Below, one piece after another: positions 46,215 through 53,750 of a stretch of DNA of 53,750 bases (positions are counted from its first letter, which is position 1; every line of letters begins with the position of its first letter). This stretch comes from Candidatus Thorarchaeota archaeon (GTDB taxonomy: Archaea > Asgardarchaeota > Thorarchaeia > Thorarchaeales > Thorarchaeaceae): positions 1-53,750 of the forward strand of contig JAEORO010000184.1 in assembly GCA_016840855.1 (NCBI GenBank), written 5' to 3'. The notes beneath the pieces are model-generated. The model searched no databases. It was not told where the DNA came from and was given only the letters and a program-made list of their open reading frames with translations. A program made the translations under genes and the position numbers.

Positions 46215-46562
46215 TTATTTCATCAAAGCTTGCAGTTTGATTAAATCATTCATAGGACCTTTAGCTTTAACTTTTCCTGCCATGAATGCGCGCGTGGGAC
46301 CTAGGGTTCCATCAATAATCGCTATAATGGTCTCAGTTGTGGTTGTAATGACCATCTCAGCAGATTCATCAATACCATCATTAATGCTAGCAGTTCCCTC
46401 ATGGAATGTGATATAGCAGGCTGCGTCCTTATCATCTGTGAATTCAAGCTGGAGTGTCTTATTATAACTAGCAAAACGCTTCTTGTTTTTTGGGAGCTCA
46501 ATTTTCCCAACCATCTTTTCCAGTGATTCTCGCAATACCTGTTTGGTTGGCAAATTTTCCAC
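46215..46562 (-). CDS. SCP2 sterol/lipid-binding domain protein
   Basis: TLQLEF..CYITF..G...A.MVIT..IIDGTLGPTRAFMAGKVKAKG..LIKL SCP2 signature; GTG start with AGGA SD. Confidence 0.85.
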   Translation of the reverse strand: MENLPTKQVLRESLEKMVGKIELPKNKKRFASYNKTLQLEFTDDKDAACYITFHEGTASINDGIDESAEMVITTTTETIIAIIDGTLGPTRAFMAGKVKAKGPMNDLIKLQALMK

Positions 46563-46687
46563 TCCTAGAACTGATTGTTTTTAGTTTCATGTGCGACTTA
46601 AAAAATCTCTTGAGATAACCACTTTTGAAGAATCTTCGCTACCTTCATAACATTCATCGACGATATATCATTGGAAGCTATAATAGC

Positions 46688-47623
46688 ATGGACTCCATAG
46701 ACCGAATAATCATCGAGAAGCTCAAGCTCAATTGTAGAACTAATTTCCAAGACCTCTCAAAAATACTTGGCATCTCAAGCCATTCAATCAAGTCAAGGGT
46801 TGACAAACTGGTGGAGACGGGTATTATTGAGCGGTTTGTTGTCTATCTCAGTCCATTAATGACGAATGAGGATTCAGTGATTGCCATTCTTGAGTTTGAA
46901 TCAGAACAACACGAAAAACAGCTTCTAAGTCGCATAAGCAAGAATCCATCAATATCAAAAGTTTCTAGACTCATTGATGGGAGATACATTGTATTTGGAA
47001 TCTACTTTGACGCTGAGGAACTCTCTTCCCTCACTATGCAGCTAAGAAAGCTACCTGGAATAAGAACCGTCCATTTGCATTCTAGATTCTTGCATTACTG
47101 GGGCGGTAAGACAAACCTAGCAAACTCGCACCGCGAAATTTTAAGATGTTTAGTTATCAACCCTCGGATGACTATCATTGAAATATCCAAAAAAACTGGT
47201 TTGCCGTTTAATGAGATTAAAATGATTATTGATAAGATGAGAGAGAGTGAAACGGTTCTTCTCACTATCAGCACATCAGGTGATTTGGATGGAAGAGATA
47301 TTGAAGTACTTGCCAAGGTACAATGGAATGTTGGAAAAACGAGCAAGGAACAGGTGTTAACCTGGCTTCAAGGCAAATTTCTGTCGTCCTACCTTGGTGA
47401 ATATGTTTCTGCAACAGAACCAACGCTTTTTTTCAATTTCTCAGTAACTCATGTACAAGAAGTAGATGTTTTCATGCAGAAAGTAATAGATTCAGGGTTA
47501 GTCACACATGTTGAACCAATGATTATGTATCCTCGAACCACATTTTCTGATCCACGTCATCGGAGAGTCATTGCAATGCTTGAGGAAACAGGCTTCAGTC
47601 CGCAGGATGGACCTTTCTCATGA
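46688..47623 (+). CDS. Lrp/AsnC-like regulator with two tandem HTH-plus-effector modules
   Basis: MDSIDRIII.KL..NCR....LSKILGIS...RVDKLVETGII and a second HTH (EILRCLVINPRMTIIEISKKTG). ATG 46688 preferred. Confidence 0.8.
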   Translation: MDSIDRIIIEKLKLNCRTNFQDLSKILGISSHSIKSRVDKLVETGIIERFVVYLSPLMTNEDSVIAILEFESEQHEKQLLSRISKNPSISKVSRLIDGRYIVFGIYFDAEELSSLTMQLRKLPGIRTVHLHSRFLHYWGGKTNLANSHREILRCLVINPRMTIIEISKKTGLPFNEIKMIIDKMRESETVLLTISTSGDLDGRDIEVLAKVQWNVGKTSKEQVLTWLQGKFLSSYLGEYVSATEPTLFFNFSVTHVQEVDVFMQKVIDSGLVTHVEPMIMYPRTTFSDPRHRRVIAMLEETGFSPQDGPFS

Positions 47624-47664
47624 CTTAGCAGAAACAGAATTGAAGGAATTCGCATGTGAGGGGG

Positions 47665-47692
47665 GGAGTGACAAGAGTAGTCTCGTCACTCC
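47665..47692 (-). terminator. Hairpin overlapping the MFS stop codon, between convergent genes
   Basis: Minus strand GGAGTGACGAGA-CTAC-TCTTGTCACTCC: 12-bp stem with one G-U pair. Confidence 0.45.
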
Positions 47693-49203
47693 GGGCTCAA
47701 AACAACTTGCTCAACTTCATCGGCAAGCTCTTCTAGAAGCTCTTCAGCTTTAGAAGCGTCATCTGGTTCCCTTGCTAGAGATTCAGCAGTATCTTGGGGG
47801 ATTTCCCTTGGAATCACAGGTTTCTCTAGAGATAGAGCATACCTGATAATTAGAACACCTACTAGCGAAATAAAAGCGCAAATTATGAGAGTAGCAGGGA
47901 ATCCTATTATTGGAATCAACCATCCAAATACAACAATTTGCGGTGTTGCTAGAATCATGAGGATAGTTGGTTCGAGAGAGTAGAGAGAATTTCTATTACG
48001 ATCAGGAATTGCATCCAAGACCTGTCTTTGAGTCAATATATCTGCAAATCCTCCAAAGAACATTGTGCAAGTGAAGAGAGAAAAGAGGAAGACTATTGGA
48101 AATACATGCTGAAGAGGCAATTCAATGAGGACAATTGATGTAAATGGCAGAAATATAGTAGCCATTGCTGCAGCATCTTGGACAGGAGGGAAGAAGAACA
48201 TCATGGTGGCGAGTAGAATATAGAAAGCGAAACCGCACGCTTGTAATAACCGAAACCGAGGAATCCACTTTCGAGGTTCAAACCTTTGAGACCAGATTCC
48301 AGATCGCTCATTAGCTGCAACTCCAGGGAGGAATGCAAGTGTGCGGTATGAAGCAACCGCCACATCTGTAATGAGATAGCTGAAATACAGTGGGAAGAGG
48401 ATTAGTTCGCCCCACACCATAATTGTACTTGTTGTTAACATTGAGCCAATAACAAGATACTTGACAAAAGGAGTATGCCAGAGATAGCTGACACCCTCTT
48501 TCAAGAGAGCTGTGTATTGACTCATTGAAAGTCGTTCATCTCTCATTGCTTCTACTTCAGGAAAGTCACGGATGTAACGCAGGACTAGCATTGCAAAGAA
48601 AACAGCACCGATTGCCTCCAACTGGAACACGAAAGGTCTGTTGAAGACAGTTGCTAGTATACTCCCAGGTATCAGTGCCGCTGTTGCAGCAATCTGGGAA
48701 ATCATTCCCATTCTGCCCCAAAAGACACCATATTGCTTCCTCTCAGTATCATGAGGCATTGCTACGCGATAATTGTTATCGAACCAAGCGCCCCACGCTC
48801 CACTTATCTGAGATTGAGCAATCCCCTGAATCAAGTATATTATTGCAAGGTAGTAGAAGGGAGTCTCAGCAGTCACGAACGACACCATGAAGAAGACGAC
48901 TGCATACAACGAATTCCCAATGGCAATGACATACCTTTGACCTATTGCATCTCCAAGGGCTCCACTCGGATAATCGAGTAGAGTTTGAGTAATCATCTGT
49001 ATTGCGAGTAATATCCCCAGTAATCCAAGTCCCGCAATGAAATCTCCACCACCTAGAGCTTCTGCAACAAAGATTGTGTAGAATGTAGTACTGAGAGTGA
49101 AGATAATATTCGCTGTAGGAAGAAGTATCATCAGTACTCTGCCTAAGTGGAGTGCTTTTGTGTCGGCTGCTGTAAAGCCCATGAAGCTGGATGTCCTACT
49201 CAT
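47686..49203 (-). CDS. MFS transporter
   Basis: About 12 TMs, motif A-like LDYPSGALGDAIGQR, IPDRNR, acidic C-terminal tail. Confidence 0.85.
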   Translation of the reverse strand: MSRTSSFMGFTAADTKALHLGRVLMILLPTANIIFTLSTTFYTIFVAEALGGGDFIAGLGLLGILLAIQMITQTLLDYPSGALGDAIGQRYVIAIGNSLYAVVFFMVSFVTAETPFYYLAIIYLIQGIAQSQISGAWGAWFDNNYRVAMPHDTERKQYGVFWGRMGMISQIAATAALIPGSILATVFNRPFVFQLEAIGAVFFAMLVLRYIRDFPEVEAMRDERLSMSQYTALLKEGVSYLWHTPFVKYLVIGSMLTTSTIMVWGELILFPLYFSYLITDVAVASYRTLAFLPGVAANERSGIWSQRFEPRKWIPRFRLLQACGFAFYILLATMMFFFPPVQDAAAMATIFLPFTSIVLIELPLQHVFPIVFLFSLFTCTMFFGGFADILTQRQVLDAIPDRNRNSLYSLEPTILMILATPQIVVFGWLIPIIGFPATLIICAFISLVGVLIIRYALSLEKPVIPREIPQDTAESLAREPDDASKAEELLEELADEVEQVVLSPE

Positions 49204-49379
49204 CGGTGCCTATCCCCTTCTTCAACACTATAATAACTATCGTAATTGCGTAAGATATCAGCATATAATAGAAAGGCACAAGAGGGGGACACAGGATGAG
49301 GTCGCATCTTGTGACTTTTTTCTTAATAGCGTTAAGTAGAGGAAATTATTTTTCAATAGATGAAGCATCAGTATTCGTT

Positions 49380-50117
49380 ATGACGGACACTTTTGGTAGA
49401 ATTATGAAGGACTCACTTGAAGGAAAAGACTCTAGCTACATCATTGAGAGAGATGATGGGTTTATTCGACATACATCTGGAGAATCTTATGTCAAACCGT
49501 ATGAGGAGTGGAACGAGATAGAGAGGAAGGCTATGAAATACGTCAAAGGTCCCGTCTTAGATGTGGGATGTGGAGTAGCGCGTGTAGGTGACTACGTTAC
49601 AAGTAAGGGACTCGAGTATTATGGTGTGGACCTATCGCCTTTGGCTGTCGAATTGTGTCGCAAGCGAGGACACAAGAATGTCTATCTCATGTCAGCTGAT
49701 GATATCCAGCTGGATCGTTCAGACTTTAAGACTGTCGTTCTCTTTGGAAACAACTTTGGTATCATGGGTCAACCTGAAGGTGTAATCAGAATGCTCAAGG
49801 GATTTCATCAGATCACTGTAGATGATGCTATAGTTCTCGCAGGATCACTTGATCCATCTAAAACTGATGATGAAATGCATCTTGCATATCATGCTAAAAA
49901 CAGAGCAGAGGGAAAACCAATAGGGCTTGTAAAGTTGAGAAACAAGTACAAGGGAGATGTTGATGATTGGTGGTATCTACTTCTCTGTGGCAAGGAGCTG
50001 ATGTCAGAGCTTGCAAAGAAAGCTGGTTGGTACTTGGACAGGGTAATTGGTGGACCAACTCATCGAAGACCTTTGGAGCAGTATAATGTCGGTGTATTAA
50101 AGAAAAAAAGTGAATGA
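49380..50117 (+). CDS. Class I SAM-dependent methyltransferase
   Basis: VLDVGCGVAR motif I, GVDLSP, LFGNNFGI; N-terminal D.FGR...IIERDDG. ATG 49380 preferred. Confidence 0.85.
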   Translation: MTDTFGRIMKDSLEGKDSSYIIERDDGFIRHTSGESYVKPYEEWNEIERKAMKYVKGPVLDVGCGVARVGDYVTSKGLEYYGVDLSPLAVELCRKRGHKNVYLMSADDIQLDRSDFKTVVLFGNNFGIMGQPEGVIRMLKGFHQITVDDAIVLAGSLDPSKTDDEMHLAYHAKNRAEGKPIGLVKLRNKYKGDVDDWWYLLLCGKELMSELAKKAGWYLDRVIGGPTHRRPLEQYNVGVLKKKSE

Positions 50118-50224
50118 AACTACTGAGGATGATTAATGTCAATAGTGAGGTTGTTTCGTGTACATAACTTCATTATGGATAGTTAATTGAAATAGATGTC
50201 ATCACGCATCTATAGTCCAGAGGA

Positions 50225-50524
50225 TTATTTCCGCTTCAAGTTCAGGAATTTGCCATCTTTCACTTGAGCAAGGTACTTTCGTCCTTGCATGACCCACATT
50301 ATCTGATGACCTTCCTGAGCGAGTTTTGCCCATCGAGAGTCTTTACGGGGATTCTGTTCAATGTAGGTATAGCCATCTTTCTCGACAAGTCGCACTTTGC
50401 TTTTAGAGGTCTTCACTATCGGAAAAATTTCACCCTCTATCTCAACCTCGTCCAAACCATCAAATATCGCATTATATATTCTGCTCGCCACAGTTTCAAT
50501 TCTGTCAATATCTTCTTCTGACAT
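50225..50524 (-). CDS. Hypothetical protein (IEQNP..SRWA motif)
   Basis: 99-aa ORF with normal composition and a conserved-looking YIEQNPRKDSRWAKLAQEGHQIMWV segment; fills the gap between genes. Confidence 0.7.
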   Translation of the reverse strand: MSEEDIDRIETVASRIYNAIFDGLDEVEIEGEIFPIVKTSKSKVRLVEKDGYTYIEQNPRKDSRWAKLAQEGHQIMWVMQGRKYLAQVKDGKFLNLKRK

Positions 50525-50655
50525 CTTCGTTCAATAGTACAAGGAACTTAGCTGCTTTAGTCTTTGGGAATCAATTGTTGTGTGAAATATTTGCTTTTTC
50601 AGAAACTGCGACATTAAGCATTAGAGAGATAAAGGCTAATCTCAGACAAAGAGGT

Positions 50656-51255
50656 ATGACTCTCGAACGTCTTTCCAAACAAATTGATTTCATTATTGAA
50701 ATTGATAAACTCAAGCAGGTGATTCGACAAACAGCACTCACTGATGCCACGAGGCAAGAGAATATTGCAGAGCACTCATGGCATATCTCATTGATGGCTC
50801 TACTCCTAGCAGAATTCTCTGAGAGTGCAATAAATGTATTAAGGGTACTCAAAATGCTCTTAATTCACGATTTGGTTGAGATTGATGCAGGGGACACCTT
50901 TCTGTATGATGAGAACAAAAATAATGACAAATCAGAGAGAGAGAAAAAAGCTGCTGAACGGATATTTGGTCTGCTTCCTAACGACCAAGCAGCCGCGTAT
51001 ATTTCTCTTTGGAGAGAATTCGAAGAGGGAGTTACACCCGAGTCAAAATTCGCAAAAGCTGTGGATGCAATGCACCCTGTATTGCTGTGTTATTCTAACC
51101 AAGGTTGGTCTTGGAAGAAACATAATCTCAGTATATCAACTGTAATTGAAAAGAAGACGCATATTCGTGATGGTTCAAAAGAACTTTGGAAATTCACTGA
51201 AGAGCTCCTCCACCGTGCAAATGAGTTAGGCTATTTCCCACTAAAAAGTGAATAA
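50656..51255 (+). CDS. HD-domain phosphohydrolase (HDDC2/YfbR-like)
   Basis: IDKLKQVIR, ENIAEHSW, IHDLVEIDAGD, LWREFE..TPESKFAKAVD; GAGGT SD before ATG 50656. Confidence 0.88.
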   Translation: MTLERLSKQIDFIIEIDKLKQVIRQTALTDATRQENIAEHSWHISLMALLLAEFSESAINVLRVLKMLLIHDLVEIDAGDTFLYDENKNNDKSEREKKAAERIFGLLPNDQAAAYISLWREFEEGVTPESKFAKAVDAMHPVLLCYSNQGWSWKKHNLSISTVIEKKTHIRDGSKELWKFTEELLHRANELGYFPLKSE

Positions 51256-51378
51256 ATTAAGGATCCATGAAGATTGAGTATGCTAGACATAATCAATCTT
51301 AGTTCGAACATGTTCGTTACGAAACATTACCACCTCAGTTAGCTTTTTGTTCTAGTCAAATTCCTGCTACTGCAACAT

Positions 51379-52281
51379 ATGCAAATATCCTTTGACTTAC
51401 TCATCGGAAGTGCCATTAGCCTAGTTGCTGCTTTTCTGTGGGCAATAGCAATTAATGTATACAAATCTCAAAGCAAAGAAGCAACTCCACTTGCTATCAC
51501 AGCTATGAAAATGTGGCTATCGCTGGTTGTAATGGCAGTTCTAGTCATTGTACCATTTCGAGTGACACCATTCTACATGCCTCCTGATTCAATAGTATAT
51601 CTAGCATCTTCTGTAACAATTGGGTTGGTGTTTGGAGACATTGCGTATCTGACATCACAAGAAAGAATTGGAGTATCTTACGCATATCCAATTGCAACTA
51701 CATACCCAATTGTAACCTACATTATTGCGATATTTATTGTTGGAGAGGAAATTCTCGTAACACGCTTTCTAGGTATTATTTTAGCAGTTGCAGGTGTGAT
51801 GTTGATATCTCGAGAACAAGCGGTCAGCAACAATAGAAATAGACTAAAGACTTTTGATAAAGTAGGAATAGTTCTAGCAATCATTACAATTCTTTGCTGG
51901 TCAGTTGGAAGTGTCTTGCTTCAACTTGGTGTTGAAAATGTTGATCCAATTGATGCCAACTTTGTACGAATGCTCTTTGGCTCTGGTATCATAGTACCAA
52001 TTTTTCTAGGAGCAATTCATAATGGAATGTCGAAACCAACCAGACGTGCCACGAAGATAATTCTTGCTGCAGCCTTTTTTGGTATGGCTATAGGATCTTT
52101 GCTATATACATATGCAGTGAAGTTGGTTGGAGCCACAATTGCAGCTGTTTTGGGCTCAGTTTCACCTCTATTCGCATTACCAATATCAATACTATTTCTC
52201 AAAGAGGATTATTCAAACAAATCAATTCTAGGTGTAGTATTAACTGTCGTTGGAGTCGTGCTTGTTGTACTAGCAGTTTAA
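51379..52281 (+). CDS. DMT/EamA family transporter
   Basis: About 10 TMs in two repeats (IGVSYAYPI..GEEI and VGATIAAVL..SPLFA..LKE). Confidence 0.88.
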   Translation: MQISFDLLIGSAISLVAAFLWAIAINVYKSQSKEATPLAITAMKMWLSLVVMAVLVIVPFRVTPFYMPPDSIVYLASSVTIGLVFGDIAYLTSQERIGVSYAYPIATTYPIVTYIIAIFIVGEEILVTRFLGIILAVAGVMLISREQAVSNNRNRLKTFDKVGIVLAIITILCWSVGSVLLQLGVENVDPIDANFVRMLFGSGIIVPIFLGAIHNGMSKPTRRATKIILAAAFFGMAIGSLLYTYAVKLVGATIAAVLGSVSPLFALPISILFLKEDYSNKSILGVVLTVVGVVLVVLAV

Positions 52282-52284
52282 CCT

Positions 52285-53349
52285 TCAAATCCAATCAATT
52301 CTTTTGAAATACAAAACAAGAGTCAGAGATACTACTACCATTGCCGCGATAAAAATCGGATATCCAAATGTACCTAGTATTTCAATCTCAGGAATCCAGT
52401 GCCAGTTCATACCATAGATACTTGCCATAAGTGTAAGAGGAATGAATATTGTTGACACGACCGTTAGGACCTTCATGACATTATTCATCTTGTTACTTAC
52501 GCTTGAAAGATAAATATCAAGCATTCCAGTAATTGATTCTCGATAAGTTTCTACAACATCAGTCACGCGAATAACATGGTCATAGAGGTCTCGCAGAAAG
52601 ATTCCCATATCAGGATCCACAAACGAACGAGCATCTCGCTGCATCTTTAGAACAACTTCACGTAAAGGCCAAATATGTCTTCTAAACGACAGAAGATCCC
52701 TCTTTATTTTGTAGATTCGATTGAGCATGTCTGTAGTTGCTTGTACTATTAGTTCGTCTTCAATATCTTCAATGAGATCGCCAATCCGTTCTAGCACAAC
52801 GAAATATTTGTCAACTAATAGATCGAGGATTGTGTAAGCTAAATAGTCAGGACCACCAGAACGTATCTGACTTCCTGGATGTCGTGCTCGTTCCCGAATT
52901 GACTCGAAAAGATCATTAGATGACTCTTGAAATGACAAAACAAAGTTCTTGCCAAACGCAATTGATACTTGTTCAGAATGAAGCTTTCCGATTTCTTGAT
53001 GCAAATCATACCCACGCATAACAATGTAGATACTCTTTGGCATGATCTCTAATTTAGGTCGTTGGCCAACACTTGGTATGTCTTCAATTATTAGTGGATG
53101 TAATTTATAATATTTACAGACCTTTTCAACTATCTCAACATCATGAACCCCTCTCACGTGAACCCATTTTGTTATGTTCGAGTCGATTGGAGGACTACAA
53201 TCATCTATTGAGTCAGCTATGTACTCTCTCATTTGACCTTTTGATAATTCCATGATGTTAATGGTAACTTTCTCAGTACGTTCAATCCCGGTATGAACAA
53301 CAGTCCCTGGAGGAAGACCCACTTTTTCAGCCATATCGTCTTGACTCAT
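52285..53349 (-). CDS. corA: Magnesium/cobalt transporter CorA
   Basis: GLPPGT, LHPLIIEDI..QRPKLE, RDLYDH, MKVLT..FIPLT..IYGMN signature, two C-terminal TMs. Confidence 0.95.
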   Translation of the reverse strand: MSQDDMAEKVGLPPGTVVHTGIERTEKVTINIMELSKGQMREYIADSIDDCSPPIDSNITKWVHVRGVHDVEIVEKVCKYYKLHPLIIEDIPSVGQRPKLEIMPKSIYIVMRGYDLHQEIGKLHSEQVSIAFGKNFVLSFQESSNDLFESIRERARHPGSQIRSGGPDYLAYTILDLLVDKYFVVLERIGDLIEDIEDELIVQATTDMLNRIYKIKRDLLSFRRHIWPLREVVLKMQRDARSFVDPDMGIFLRDLYDHVIRVTDVVETYRESITGMLDIYLSSVSNKMNNVMKVLTVVSTIFIPLTLMASIYGMNWHWIPEIEILGTFGYPIFIAAMVVVSLTLVLYFKRIDWI

Positions 53350-53457
53350 TAGGACTCACTTGAATGGTCAAGTCGTGGGCATATTAGAAAGTGAGGAATA
53401 TTCGGATATGATGTATAAGAAAGAAGCCTAGACTTCATTAAGTATTAAGTTACTACT

Positions 53458-53655
53458 TTGAGCATGTTAAAAGAGCATATAGAAGGGTCACAAGAAGTCA
53501 AGACTTCGAACACATTTGAGGAATACAAAATTGGAGATGATAATTTCGAGAATTTCTGTCGAACGACAATTCGAAGAATGAATGACAAAGAGTCTTCAAT
53601 AGAGGTAACTGTCCGACAGATCAAGCGACTTAGGTCGGACCTAAGAAGAAGGTAG
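53458..53655 (+). CDS. Possible small hypothetical protein
   Basis: 65-aa ORF divergent from corA, charged and helical-looking; no recognisable motif. Start may be ATG 53464. Confidence 0.35.
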   Translation: MSMLKEHIEGSQEVKTSNTFEEYKIGDDNFENFCRTTIRRMNDKESSIEVTVRQIKRLRSDLRRR

Positions 53656-53750
53656 ATGTTATAGCTTCAGTCCCGATAGCACAGAAAGAGATGAATTTAG
53701 TGTGGTAAACAAGAGCTATCGTTCTATCTTACTCACTCTACTTCAATCCA

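Noticed and set aside
51305-51316. Gram-positive LexA (SOS) box
   Set aside because: The spacer is 2 bp instead of 4 (CGAAC-N4-GTTCG), the host is archaeal, and the downstream gene is not a repair gene.
1-53750. Mobile elements, rRNA/tRNA genes, defence systems
   Set aside because: No transposase, integrase, nuclease or toxin-antitoxin motifs, terminal inverted repeats or structural RNA gene signatures were recognised by eye; tRNAscan-SE and Infernal would be needed to exclude them fully.

Overview
A 53.7 kb archaeal chromosomal segment. An archaeal-type ThrRS, TATA-like leaders, C-terminally anchored surface proteins and a tandem Lrp-like regulator suggest an Asgard archaeon, possibly Thorarchaeia; this is inference, not a database result. 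Most of the ~35 genes are metabolic or housekeeping: ppdK, tdh, threonine ammonia-lyase, thrS, a saccharopine-dehydrogenase-like enzyme, an Lpd/Mtr-like disulfide reductase, PduO, a molybdopterin oxidoreductase, two M29 aminopeptidases, corA and several transporters. The centrepiece is a 14.6 kb gene for a 4881-aa surface protein built like a two-subunit polyprotein. Its order is: signal peptide, amphipathic helical and beta region, ~25 DxDxDG Ca-binding repeats, TM, Lys-rich loop, second signal-like TM, many FG-GAP propeller repeats, TM. It is preceded by a GC-rich, multi-hairpin 5' leader that can fold in two mutually exclusive ways, hiding or freeing the Shine-Dalgarno site (candidate novel RNA switch). 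Other points: a GNAT-OB-fold (SSB-like) fusion, a ferredoxin inserted into the last domain of the Mo enzyme, an unannotated internally deleted GNAT pseudogene, and two phased operator arrays. No tRNA, rRNA, CRISPR array or mobile element was seen.
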